Source: an uncultured Aminicenantes bacterium (GTDB lineage Bacteria > Acidobacteriota > Aminicenantia > UBA2199). Taken from it: 41,085 nt of DNA. The notes beneath the pieces are model-generated. The model searched no databases and was not told where the DNA came from. It was given only the letters and a program-made list of their open reading frames with translations. Shown one piece after another: positions 1-9,251 of this stretch. A program made the translations under genes and the position numbers. The stretch spans positions 1-41,085 of the forward strand of contig CBDAFS010000057.1 in assembly GCA_965195285.1 (NCBI GenBank), written 5' to 3'. How positions within the stretch are numbered: the stretch's first letter is position 1; each line of letters starts with the position of its first letter.

Positions 1-129
1 TTGAGATGATTTATTTGATGGGGTGAAAGGGATGAGTTGTAAAAATAAAGAATGGTAGAAAGAGTGAACAAGAAAATTCGACATCGAGTATTGGAATGGA
101 AAACATTACCGACAAACCTTTATTCTTTA

Positions 130-149
130 GACCTGACCCCATTTATTGT
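130..149. repeat. Direct repeat copy 1 (gacctgaccccatttattgt), REP-like GGGGTCAGGTC motif
   Basis: 19/20 identical to 1486-1505; similarity extends leftwards (aacctttattct vs aaccttattct) after a small indel. Confidence 0.75.
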
Positions 150-213
150 CTTGTTCCTTACAAGTGCCTTTCCCTGAATGATACTCTCAGCCTCATGTAT
201 CCGTATTCTGCAC

Positions 214-1398
214 TTAATTTTTAATTTTCTTCATGATAATTAAATCCTGTGTATTCCCTATACATCCAGGGATGACATCAATGATCTGAAAATATTTTCC
301 CCATCTATTTTGGATGTATCGTTTTCTATGATAAATAGTTCGATAATAAGTATTATCCCTGATTGTTCCATCAAGACTGGGATTGTGGCCCATATCCAAG
401 AACCCTTTCAATTTTAGTGAAATAAGATATTTTATAGTAAGAACAGCACGTTTTACCGCTTCTTCTCCATGTACAGTCATGAGTAGAATGCCATCATCCT
501 TAGCAATCCTGTGCAACTCCTTCAGCCATTCAAATTGTACTTTCTCACGAAGATGAGTAAAAATTGAAACTCCTATTATGAGGTCAAAGGAATTATTATG
601 GAAAGAAGTGGGAGGATGTTCTGAGATACAAGTGAATTTCACAAAAGGTAGATGTTTTTGACACCATTCAATGTTATCATTATCGATATCCACACCATAT
701 ATTGAAACATCCTTTACATAATTGAAACACCGAGTCATTCGACCACATCCACAACCCCAATCAAGAATATTTGAAAAATCTGTAAAATCTTTGTTTATTG
801 TTTTTTTAAGAGCTGATTTAAGTTTCATAAAAGTTGAAAAACCTTCAAAAAGAAACCCCTTTTCAGATTTGTTCCCGTGTACTCTTTGTCTTCTTTTTGC
901 ATCAGGAACAGCTAATTTTTTATCCAATGAAATATTAAAATAATAATTCTGTTCATCTCTTATTGGAATTTTAGTCTTTTTGTTAATAAAACTAAAAGAT
1001 GCATAACCATCAGGAAAACAATTTCTATGTTTCATATATTTTTTACATACGAAACCACTGTTTATTGCATAAGGAAGGTACCAGAATAATGTCCCAATAT
1101 CATCTCTCGCAGTTGGATATTTGACGCTATCAAATTCTTCATTATTAATAGAAAAAGTATTTTCATTACAATTCCCTTTTGGAGACAGGGCCCATCCTTT
1201 AATTTCAACAAAATCATTACTTATCTCCACACTATCAAGACACCAAATCTCATTTTTGAATCTTAAGTTGAGAAATTTGAATTTTTTATTTATGTATTTG
1301 CGAAATTTTTTTGGTATTTTTTCTTTTATTTTTATAAGGATCTTGTTGTGTTGTACATAGTCATGAGGTTTGAGACTTTTGTTCATTTTTTTACCCAA
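214..1398 (-). CDS. Class I SAM-dependent methyltransferase with N-terminal extension
   Basis: Motif I LDWGCGCGR, GVDID, FDLIIGVSIFTHL, W-x-x-EL-x-R; AT-rich; start may be the ATG at 1386. Confidence 0.85.
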   Translation of the reverse strand: MGKKMNKSLKPHDYVQHNKILIKIKEKIPKKFRKYINKKFKFLNLRFKNEIWCLDSVEISNDFVEIKGWALSPKGNCNENTFSINNEEFDSVKYPTARDDIGTLFWYLPYAINSGFVCKKYMKHRNCFPDGYASFSFINKKTKIPIRDEQNYYFNISLDKKLAVPDAKRRQRVHGNKSEKGFLFEGFSTFMKLKSALKKTINKDFTDFSNILDWGCGCGRMTRCFNYVKDVSIYGVDIDNDNIEWCQKHLPFVKFTCISEHPPTSFHNNSFDLIIGVSIFTHLREKVQFEWLKELHRIAKDDGILLMTVHGEEAVKRAVLTIKYLISLKLKGFLDMGHNPSLDGTIRDNTYYRTIYHRKRYIQNRWGKYFQIIDVIPGCIGNTQDLIIMKKIKN

Positions 1399-1485
1399 TT
1401 TTAAATGAGAATTCTTGTTGAATTATTTCAATTTTTTCAATAGTTGTCTCACTTTAATACATTTATAAACCAATAACCTTATTCT

Positions 1486-1505
1486 GACCTGCCCCCATTT
1501 ATTGT
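1486..1505. repeat. Direct repeat copy 2 (gacctgcccccatttattgt)
   Basis: 19/20 identical to 130-149, same orientation; the pair brackets the methyltransferase gene. Confidence 0.75.
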
Positions 1506-1589
1506 ACCACTTTTAAAGTTAGTGATCCATAATTTTGAACCTCACCCCTTTTTTTTCATGTAAATTTCATAAAACAAATCCATTAATGT

Positions 1590-1661
1590 GATTAACGATA
1601 AGGATGACTTGCTAACTGTAAGCGCAGTGAAAATTTGTTTAAGTCGATCCGCTTGTTAAAA
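1590..1661 (-). mobile_element. attC: Integron attC recombination site (72 bp), no integrase in window
   Basis: Minus strand: R'' TTTTAAC, 5-nt spacer AAGCG, L'' GATCGACT, central ACTG/CAGT stem-loop, L' AGTCATC, 6-nt spacer CTTATC, R' GTTAATC. L' pairs with L'' except for one extra C (extrahelical G on the bottom strand). Starts 10 bp after the stop of the 1672 ORF. Confidence 0.8.
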
Positions 1662-1671
1662 GATTTTTGAA

Positions 1672-1908
1672 TTAAATATCTTTACATTTCCACCAAGATT
1701 TACCAAAAATTGCCCCTCTAATCTGATACAAGACGCATTTATCCAAATTTCCACCTTCAGCTGATTTTAGTTTTTTGTAGATTGTTTCAGCATTTGAATT
1801 TTTTAATTGTACAGGATTTGTAATACCAATTGAACGAAGTCTTTCAGCAGTAGCTGGACCAATGTTAATTAATGATAATAATGAATCAGTAGTTTGTATT
1901 TTATTCAT
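1672..1908 (-). CDS. TfoX C-terminal-like / helix-hairpin-helix small protein (probable gene cassette ORF)
   Basis: L-x-NIGPATAERLRSIGI HhH motif and CVLY-x-IRGAI-x-G-x-x-W ending; start moved to ATG 1908 (AAGGA upstream). Confidence 0.75.
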   Translation of the reverse strand: MNKIQTTDSLLSLINIGPATAERLRSIGITNPVQLKNSNAETIYKKLKSAEGGNLDKCVLYQIRGAIFGKSWWKCKDI

Positions 1909-2051
1909 TTTTTCCTTTTGACTAATACTATACCGCATGCAGTATTTTGTTATAGTCTAAAAAAAATTAGTTATCAAGTCAATAAAAATATTGAAAAGAA
2001 ATATTGATATAATGTGCTTTTTAGAAAATTTCTTTTTGAATGGATTTTCAA

Positions 2052-2159
2052 ACCTTTGGGGACACCTTTGGGGACGGTCTTTTGTTTTTTTGATTTTTCA
2101 TAAAAAATATTTTTTTAAATAAAAATTTAAAAAAAACAAAATTCCAAAAGACCGTCCCC
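2052..2159. repeat. 15-bp perfect inverted repeat around a 60-bp AT-rich spacer, preceded by a 12-bp tandem duplication (REPIN/MITE-like)
   Basis: ggggacggtcttttg 2070-2084 and caaaagaccgtcccc 2145-2159; acctttggggac twice at 2052-2063 and 2064-2075. Confidence 0.8.
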
Positions 2160-2235
2160 CGCACCCTAAAAGAGCGGATAAAATAAAAATGCAAAAATGC
2201 AACCCACCGTCACCCCCAATTATGAAAACCAGAGC

Positions 2236-3450
2236 TCAGAGCTGTTCGGGAAGATCACAGAACATAGTTAAAAATTTTTCAATCCCCTCTGCCTTGGTTC
2301 CGGTTCCCTGCCAGAGCGGATGCCGGCCGCCTCCCTTCCCGTTTATCAGGGCCAGGAGACCTGACTTATGGCGGTCAAAATCAAAATTAATTTCCCCGGA
2401 GCAGCCGATGCTCCAGTAAACGGTTTCATTCACTGTATTGACCAGACAAATCAATAACCGGTCGCGTTTTAAAAGGTCTTTCATGATCCTTCTGATCAGG
2501 TCATTATCCTCATGGGTCCAAGATTTGACAACCAACCTCACTGTCGAATCCCCGAAACTCTTTCCTTTCTCATAAAAGTCCTCGGCCATCATGGCAGCCA
2601 ACCGGTTCAGAAGCAGGCTGGCTTTTTTCTTATGCTGGATCGATTCAGTCTGGATTTCCCTGACCTTGTCCGGAAAATGATCCTCCCGGGTTTCCAGGAC
2701 TGTTTTTAGTTCGGCAATGATTTTATCTTTTTGCCGGTAATCCTGAATTGCCCTCTGTCCGATCTTCCAGGACAGTCGGGCATGGCCCCGGATTTTTTCA
2801 ATTCCAGTGGCCTTGACCAATCCGACCTGTCCGGTATTTTCAAAATGAAGCCCCCCGCAACCCACACAATCAAAATCTCCGATCCGGACCAGCCGGATTT
2901 CACCGTCAACCGGGCAGGGTTTTCGCAGTTCAAACCGATCAATTCCCTGTTCATCGGTCATAATGAATTCGATGGGCAAGTTGCGGTTGATCACCCGGTT
3001 GGCCAGGTTCTCAACCTTTTCCAGATCAGCACTGGAAATCTGCTGACTGTCAATTTCAATGGTCGTGTGATCACTGCCCATATGAACCGATACGGTTTTG
3101 TATTTTCCCACTTTCCAGAGAGCACCGGAAACAATATGCTGGCCGGTATGCTGCTGAATAAAATCAGTTCGCCACTGGAGATCAATTTTCCCCTTTACCA
3201 CTCCTGTACCGGGATCTTCTTTTAAATAATGACAAATAACCTCTCTCTCTGTCTGCACATCCACAACCGGGATCCCGTTGATCCATCCTTTATCCGCCGG
3301 TTGTCCCCCGCCCTCCGGGTAGAAGCAGGTCCTGTCCAGAACCACCCGATAGCCCTTTTTTTCCGCTTTGACTTCAAGAACTCTGGCTTCAAACTCAGTC
3401 TTGCTGATATCATCGTAAAACAATTTTTCAGTTGGCATAATCATACCCAT
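2236..3450 (-). CDS. alaX: Alanyl-tRNA editing protein (AlaX-L type, with DHHA1 domain)
   Basis: FYPEGGGQPAD, zinc ligands QQHTGQH and CGGLH, C-terminal GKGGG. Confidence 0.9.
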   Translation of the reverse strand: MGMIMPTEKLFYDDISKTEFEARVLEVKAEKKGYRVVLDRTCFYPEGGGQPADKGWINGIPVVDVQTEREVICHYLKEDPGTGVVKGKIDLQWRTDFIQQHTGQHIVSGALWKVGKYKTVSVHMGSDHTTIEIDSQQISSADLEKVENLANRVINRNLPIEFIMTDEQGIDRFELRKPCPVDGEIRLVRIGDFDCVGCGGLHFENTGQVGLVKATGIEKIRGHARLSWKIGQRAIQDYRQKDKIIAELKTVLETREDHFPDKVREIQTESIQHKKKASLLLNRLAAMMAEDFYEKGKSFGDSTVRLVVKSWTHEDNDLIRRIMKDLLKRDRLLICLVNTVNETVYWSIGCSGEINFDFDRHKSGLLALINGKGGGRHPLWQGTGTKAEGIEKFLTMFCDLPEQL

Positions 3451-3511
3451 TAAACTTCAGCACCTTGAGAATGACATTAAACCAAATCATTCATCAATTT
3501 TGTATTGAATC

Positions 3512-3817
3512 CTACTGGTATTTTTCTCTGATACCCAGGTAAAAAGGGATGGAAAAAGACGGTCCTACCACAAGAGTGGTAACCAGATAGATCCACCATC
3601 CATTCATCCCCATTCTTCGGCTGTTGAAGTAGGAAAATATCAGGAAGACCACTGCTACAATGATAAGTTCCACGGCAAAGCAGGTGGAGATATCACTGGC
3701 AAACAACTGATTTCCCATCTCCGTCAGATCAAAACCAAAATTTAAGACAAATCGAATAATAAAATAATATGGAACCACAAAACCAATAAAAGCTAAAATA
3801 AAATACATTCGTTTCAT
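3512..3817 (-). CDS. Small membrane protein, DUF2834-like
   Basis: 3-4 hydrophobic segments, ends VGPSFSIPFYL-x-x-RE; ATG 3817 preceded by AGGAGGT. Confidence 0.65.
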   Translation of the reverse strand: MKRMYFILAFIGFVVPYYFIIRFVLNFGFDLTEMGNQLFASDISTCFAVELIIVAVVFLIFSYFNSRRMGMNGWWIYLVTTLVVGPSFSIPFYLGIREKYQ

Positions 3818-3874
3818 TGTTTTACCTCCTGCCAAAACATATTTTCATTTTTCTATGTCCACGCCACTCCTCTA

Positions 3875-4189
3875 TCACTTGGAAAACTCCAGCAATTCAA
3901 CCGGCACTCCGTCTTCAACCACAAAGGCAACCCTGACCCCCTCGGACGGGCTGTTGGGTTCAATGATGACTTCCTTACCTTCCAGGGCTTGATCCAGGTT
4001 CTCCACCTCAAAGGCCACATGGGGAAAGGTTTTGACCAGTTCCGGCAGGGGGGAATCCGATTCATACCGCATCCACTGAATCCCATAAGGGTTTTGCCGA
4101 TGGTCGGTGGCAAACAACCTGAATTTTTCCAGGTAAGTTTCCCCCTCTCTGGGAATCCGGGTGGGAATTCCGATATGATGATATTTCAT
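3875..4189 (-). CDS. VOC/glyoxalase-like protein
   Basis: HHIGIPT, PHVAFEVENL, PVELLEF metal-site pattern; GGAG RBS. Confidence 0.8.
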   Translation of the reverse strand: MKYHHIGIPTRIPREGETYLEKFRLFATDHRQNPYGIQWMRYESDSPLPELVKTFPHVAFEVENLDQALEGKEVIIEPNSPSEGVRVAFVVEDGVPVELLEFSK

Positions 4190-4271
4190 CTAAAAAATCT
4201 CCTTTTTACTGATCATATCCATTCTATCCTTTTTTTTTAATTTATAAGAAAAAAATTTGTTTATTAAAGTG

Positions 4272-4910
4272 TTATAAAACAGATTTTATTTTTTCAATAA
4301 TCACATTCTCAGGAGCAGCCCCTTCCTGAAATGCTTTTTCATTGATAACGGTTTTGGGTACACCCATCACCTGATATTTCTGGGAGAGGGGGGGGAATTC
4401 AGTGGCCTCCACCATATCGGCTTTAACCCGGTCACTGTAAAATGCCATCTGATGGGCCAGCACCACTGCCCCGGCACAGTAGGGGCAGGTCGGGGTGACG
4501 AAAACCTGAAGGTGGACAACTTTTTTCAGGCCATCAAGAAATGTTTTTGATTCTTGGTTGAGATCAACTTTACCATTGGAAACCATTTTGATGGCCTCAA
4601 CCAGGGTGCCGAATTCATATCCAGCCGGAATCCCATAGAATCTGATTCCGCGATCGGTGTCACCCATAACCACTGTTGCCGGGATTCTATCAATTCCGTA
4701 TTTTTGGGCTTCGGATTTATCTTTAACAAAATCGAAGATTTCCAGTTTTATCATGACTGAGATTTTTTCCAATTCCTGCAGCAATTCCCTGGTTTCTTTG
4801 CAGAACTGGCACTCCATCTCCTGGGTAAAAAATTTGATTGCCACATCACTTTGTAATCCCTTAAATGACTCTGTTAACTCCTTAATAACTTTATCGTCCA
4901 ACATGGGCAT
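4272..4910 (-). CDS. Protein-disulfide oxidoreductase (two thioredoxin folds, AhpF N-terminal/PDO family)
   Basis: CQFC and CPYC motifs, FYGIPAGYEF, MGVP cis-Pro. Confidence 0.9.
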   Translation of the reverse strand: MPMLDDKVIKELTESFKGLQSDVAIKFFTQEMECQFCKETRELLQELEKISVMIKLEIFDFVKDKSEAQKYGIDRIPATVVMGDTDRGIRFYGIPAGYEFGTLVEAIKMVSNGKVDLNQESKTFLDGLKKVVHLQVFVTPTCPYCAGAVVLAHQMAFYSDRVKADMVEATEFPPLSQKYQVMGVPKTVINEKAFQEGAAPENVIIEKIKSVL

Positions 4911-5000
4911 TTTGACTCCTCCTCACAATGCTTATGATTTCATGCCTGATCTATAAGGCTCCACCACATTAGGCTTTGCCTCCCATTTGAATCATACCAA

Positions 5001-5029
5001 ATTTTAGATGGTTTCGGTGAGAATGTCAA
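5001..5029 (-). promoter_or_regulatory. Sigma70-type promoter for the PDO gene
   Basis: TTGACA-17 nt-TAAAAT on minus strand. Confidence 0.6.
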
Positions 5030-5079
5030 TTCAGTGATTGACCAAAACAGATCATGACTTGGGGTCAAACCTCTTATTC

Positions 5080-6006
5080 TTACCTGACTCGATAGCTGCT
5101 CCCAAAAAGATCCATTTTGAATTTTATAACCTCTGACATTGCTTCCCGGGCCGGACCAATGATTTTGCGGGGATCAAATATCGACGGGTCAATGGCCAGG
5201 ACTTTACGAATTGCAGCAGTAAAGGTAAGTCTGAGATCCGTATCTATATTTATTTTACAAATCCCTTTGGATATGGCTTTTTTTATCGATTCCGGAGGTA
5301 CTCCCCGGGCACCCTGAAGTTCAGCCCCATATTTTGTCGCTTTGTCTACCACTTCAGGATCAACACTTGAGGCACCGTGTAAAACCAGGGGAATACCGGT
5401 CAATTTCTGTATCGCCTCAATCCGGTCATAATCCAGTTTTGCCTCACTTTTGAATTTGTAGGCACCGTGACTGGTACCCACAGCAACGGCAAGGGCATCA
5501 ATACCTGTTTCTTCAACAAAACGCTTGGCCTCTTGCGGATCAGTCAGCGAGGCCTCCCTTTTGTCAACAGAAATATCATCTTCAATACCCATCAGCCTGC
5601 CAATTTCAGCCTCGACACTTACCTGTCTGGATCTCGACAAATCCACCACTTTTTTAGTCAAAGCCACATTCTCTTCAAAAGGCAGAAAAGACCCATCAAT
5701 CATCACAGAGGTGAATCCCGCTTTAATACAGGCCTCGACTATTTCCAATCTCTTGCCATGATCAAGATGTAAAGCAAAAGGTATTTTTAATTTTGATACT
5801 GCAGTTTTAACCATGGCCACTAAATAATCCATACCGGCATATTCAATCGCTCCTTCGGTCACCTGAATTATTGCCGGTGAACGCCGGTCAACAGCCGCAT
5901 CTATTACCGATTGAAGTACTTCCATATTATTGATATTGAATGCACCCACCGCATATTTTCCTTTTACTGCCTCCAACAAAATTGATTTTGAGTCAACCAG
6001 TGACAT
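5080..6006 (-). CDS. fba: Class II fructose-1,6-bisphosphate aldolase
   Basis: AVGAFN, LHLDHG, SVMIDGS, GTSHGAYK, LVLHGAS, KINIDTD. Confidence 0.97.
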   Translation of the reverse strand: MSLVDSKSILLEAVKGKYAVGAFNINNMEVLQSVIDAAVDRRSPAIIQVTEGAIEYAGMDYLVAMVKTAVSKLKIPFALHLDHGKRLEIVEACIKAGFTSVMIDGSFLPFEENVALTKKVVDLSRSRQVSVEAEIGRLMGIEDDISVDKREASLTDPQEAKRFVEETGIDALAVAVGTSHGAYKFKSEAKLDYDRIEAIQKLTGIPLVLHGASSVDPEVVDKATKYGAELQGARGVPPESIKKAISKGICKINIDTDLRLTFTAAIRKVLAIDPSIFDPRKIIGPAREAMSEVIKFKMDLFGSSYRVR

Positions 6007-6033
6007 TTTATCCCCCCCTTATTTTAAATTTCA

Positions 6034-7008
6034 TTAAGTAGCTAATATTTTGATCAGTTTATAGTGTGTCATATTCAGTTCATTTTTTTGAGAACAGGCA
6101 TAATCCAGGTCTATTAATTTTATCTTGTCTGCTGATATGGCAACCATCTTATCGGTAAATCCGTCGGTCAAAGCATCTATGGCTGCCTTTCCAAAACTGG
6201 CTGCCAGGATTCTATCCATTGCCGTGGGGGAACCCCCGCGCTGCAAGTAACCCAGAACTGTTATTCTGGTATCAAAACCGGTCATATCGATTATCTGTTT
6301 GGCAATCTCGGCAGCTGAAGCGGCGCCTTCAGCCACAACAATCACCCAGGAAATTTTACCTTTTTCTCGGCCTTTTTTTATATCAAGGACCATTGATTTC
6401 ACATCATAATCGATTTCAGGCACGAGCACCTCTTCAGCGCCGGCAGCCAAGGCCACCTGTAAAGCGATATAACCCATATCTCGCCCCATGACTTCAATAA
6501 CAAATATTCTCTCCATGCTTATGGCTGTATCTCGGATTTTATCAATGGCTTCCAGAGCCACATTCACGGCAGTATCCGTGCCAATGGAAAAATCTGTCCC
6601 GTGAAGGTCATTGTCAATGGTAGCCGGGACCCCGATTACCGGGATATGGTGTTCTTCATACAACAAATGGGCCCCAATTAAAGAACCGTCCCCCCCGATA
6701 ACAATCATAGCGTCAATCATCTTTTCCCTCAGTATATCCATTGCCTGTGTCCTGCCTTCCGGAGTCTCAAACCGTTTAGATCTGGCCGTTTTGAGAATTG
6801 TCCCCCCCCGATTTATGATATTTCCCACGGATCGGCAGCTCATTTTTTTCATTTTTCCGTCCAGAAGACCCTGATAACCGTGATAAATGCCATAAACTTC
6901 AAATCCGCTGTATATTCCACATCTTACCACACTTCGGATAACGGCATTCATACCCGAACAGTCACCACCGCTGGTCAGTACACCAATCCTTTTGATATTT
7001 CTTTTCAT
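6034..7008 (-). CDS. pfkA: ATP-dependent 6-phosphofructokinase
   Basis: LTSGGD, GGDGS, TIDND, EVMGR, QRGG; start moved to ATG 7008 (AGGGAG upstream). Confidence 0.95.
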   Translation of the reverse strand: MKRNIKRIGVLTSGGDCSGMNAVIRSVVRCGIYSGFEVYGIYHGYQGLLDGKMKKMSCRSVGNIINRGGTILKTARSKRFETPEGRTQAMDILREKMIDAMIVIGGDGSLIGAHLLYEEHHIPVIGVPATIDNDLHGTDFSIGTDTAVNVALEAIDKIRDTAISMERIFVIEVMGRDMGYIALQVALAAGAEEVLVPEIDYDVKSMVLDIKKGREKGKISWVIVVAEGAASAAEIAKQIIDMTGFDTRITVLGYLQRGGSPTAMDRILAASFGKAAIDALTDGFTDKMVAISADKIKLIDLDYACSQKNELNMTHYKLIKILAT

Positions 7009-7262
7009 TATTTCTTCTCCCTTGGATTTCAATAACCATTTAATCTCTGATATATACATTAAGGGAATTGTCCTTTGATTGCAATAATATAATCAAGATT
7101 TTCAGGGTTTTGTCGGAAAAGGAAACCGACAAGTGATTGACTAAAACAGATCAAAATGATACCATTTGCCGAAAGGTAAAGAAAATGAACAGGCAGGATA
7201 CAAATTTTATGTGGAATCCATTTCAAAAAGAGCATAAAATTATCTGAAACTTTGGGAGAAAA

Positions 7263-8261
7263 ATGATCCACCAGGAATGTAAGAAATGCCAGTTTTACGA
7301 TCGAATCAAGCATACCCTGGATCAACTGGACAAGAGGGTAAACTATATTAAGCCTCCTCCCGGTGAAACCCCTCAGGTCCAGGGGATTGATATTTTCGGG
7401 GAGACATTACCCCGGGAGGGTACCATCGGCGGTGATCATATTATCTATATTGACTTCAACAAGCGCTACAACCTGGATGCCCGGATCAATAAAATCGAAC
7501 AAAACTGGCTGGAAGAGATCAAAGCATATTCCCAGGAAGAAATAAACCGGAACCCCTTTATCCAGAAAAAAAAGGCCGAAAAAGACAAAATCATCAGTGC
7601 CGTGGAAATGAACCGCCAGAAGGTAGGAGTCCTGGTTGCCGATGTCAAGGGCCATGACCAAAGCGGATCCTTTATGACGGGGATGCTGCACCAGTCTTTT
7701 TTGACCGGCGCTCTGTATGAAATGAAAATATACGGCAATATCACCACCAATCTGTTCGAAAAGCTGAACACCCGGTTTTACAATTCCTCAAGCGTGGATG
7801 ACTTTTTCACCATGATTTACGGGGAAATTTCCCAGTACGGAAATTTCAAATTTATCTCTGCGGGACATCCGGCACCTCTGATTTTTTCTGCCAATAAAAA
7901 CAAATTCATGGATATTTCCCAGATCCGGATTATCAATTATCCCCCCATCGGGATTATGCCCTCCCAGAAAGATATTGATGCTCCCTTATACAAGAATATT
8001 CTGGGGCTTAAAAAGGTCTATAAAATTAACGAAATCAGATTGATGGAAAAGGGAGATATCATGGTGCTCTTCACCGATGGTCTGACTGAAATGGAAAACA
8101 AAAAGGGTGACCCGTTTTTTCCATCCCATCTCCAGAAAATATTAAAAGATAAAAAAAATCAGCCGGCCAAAGAGATTTGCTTGGCCATCCGAGAAGCAAT
8201 CCTTGGGTTCAATAATGAATTCCAGGATGATATTACTTATGTCATCATCAAAAAAACCTGA
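7263..8261 (+). CDS. PP2C/SpoIIE (RsbU-like) Ser/Thr phosphatase without a recognisable sensor domain
   Basis: GGD, ADVKGH, SAGHP, FTDG and DDIT motifs. Confidence 0.85.
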   Translation: MIHQECKKCQFYDRIKHTLDQLDKRVNYIKPPPGETPQVQGIDIFGETLPREGTIGGDHIIYIDFNKRYNLDARINKIEQNWLEEIKAYSQEEINRNPFIQKKKAEKDKIISAVEMNRQKVGVLVADVKGHDQSGSFMTGMLHQSFLTGALYEMKIYGNITTNLFEKLNTRFYNSSSVDDFFTMIYGEISQYGNFKFISAGHPAPLIFSANKNKFMDISQIRIINYPPIGIMPSQKDIDAPLYKNILGLKKVYKINEIRLMEKGDIMVLFTDGLTEMENKKGDPFFPSHLQKILKDKKNQPAKEICLAIREAILGFNNEFQDDITYVIIKKT

Positions 8262-8301
8262 TTGTTAATTCTTTCCATGTTTGTGACCTTGAATCAGAGA
8301 T

Positions 8302-8676
8302 CTAACTTTTCCATAAACCGTGCAAATTACAATACTCACGGGCGGTTACATTGGTGGCTTCAATTTTAAAAATGGCTTCCGGCTTATCACCGGGATTCAA
8401 AAACTGCCGGTAGGCCTGACCATCAACCATCAATTCAATCCACTCGATATAATGGGCCTCTTCCATAGGATGGGCCACACTGCCAACACTGACTTTGTAA
8501 CCGTCTGAGATTTTCTCAATTACCGGCACATGTTTTTCGGTTGCCGCATCAACCGTATTTTCTTTCAACAGGGTCATGGGCTGGCCGCAACAAACCAGTT
8601 CTCCGCCTCCCCCGTGAATCACTTCAACGATATTCCCACAGATTTCACATTTGTAAACCTCTAAACGTTTGGCCAT
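8302..8676 (-). CDS. dfx: Desulfoferrodoxin (2Fe superoxide reductase)
   Basis: CEICGN...CCG desulforedoxin domain; [24 protein letters not shown]. Confidence 0.97.
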   Translation of the reverse strand: MAKRLEVYKCEICGNIVEVIHGGGGELVCCGQPMTLLKENTVDAATEKHVPVIEKISDGYKVSVGSVAHPMEEAHYIEWIELMVDGQAYRQFLNPGDKPEAIFKIEATNVTAREYCNLHGLWKS

Positions 8677-8724
8677 TGTATTCCTCCTTAGATCTCAAAA
8701 TATCTGATATGTTTTTTATCGTTA

Positions 8725-9240
8725 CTAAACATATTCGGGTTCATAATATTCTTTTGGATGCTGACAGGACGGACATATCTCCGGAGGTTCTGTTCCCTCA
8801 TGGACATATCCGCATTTGCTGCAGATCCATTTTACCGGCTTTTCCCGTTTGTAGAGAGTACCCGATTCCAACATATCCAGTAATCTTTTATAGCGATCGC
8901 GGTGCTGGGCCTCAACTTTGGCGATCTGAGTAAACAACCGGGCTGCATCGGATTGGCCTTCTTCTTCAGCCTCCCTGGCAAATGTCGGATACATCTCGAT
9001 GGTTTCGTAATGCTCCCCCTCGATGGCGGCCAGAAGGTTTGCCCGGGTATCTCCGATTCCCTTCAGCAGCTTGAACTCATCTTTAGCATGCTGCTTTTCA
9101 TTCAAGGCTGTTTCTTCAAAAAATTTGGCAACATAATGATATCCCTCTTTCCGGGCCACCTTGGCGTAATAATCATACTTATTTCTTGCTTGTGACTCGC
9201 CGGCAAAAGCGGTTTTCAGGTTTTGTTCGGTTTTTGACAT
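8725..9240 (-). CDS. rbr: Rubrerythrin
   Basis: AFAGESQA, EKQH and EAQH diiron motifs, C-terminal CSKC...CPSC; ATG 9240 with AAGGAG. Confidence 0.95.
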   Translation of the reverse strand: MSKTEQNLKTAFAGESQARNKYDYYAKVARKEGYHYVAKFFEETALNEKQHAKDEFKLLKGIGDTRANLLAAIEGEHYETIEMYPTFAREAEEEGQSDAARLFTQIAKVEAQHRDRYKRLLDMLESGTLYKREKPVKWICSKCGYVHEGTEPPEICPSCQHPKEYYEPEYV

Positions 9241-9251
9241 TTTCAAACTCC

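Noticed and set aside
150-213. Second attC after the methyltransferase
   Set aside because: No AAC...GTT core pair with complementary L boxes was found
4960-5020. c-di-GMP-I riboswitch (TGGGAGGCAAAGCC resembles its core)
   Set aside because: No GGCAAACC/GNRA-capped P2 stem upstream and no receptor-bearing P3; the upstream part overlaps the promoter
5058-5072. Further GGGGTC-type repeat remnants (also about 16075-16095 and 30791-30804)
   Set aside because: Matches are only 6-8 bp and could be chance
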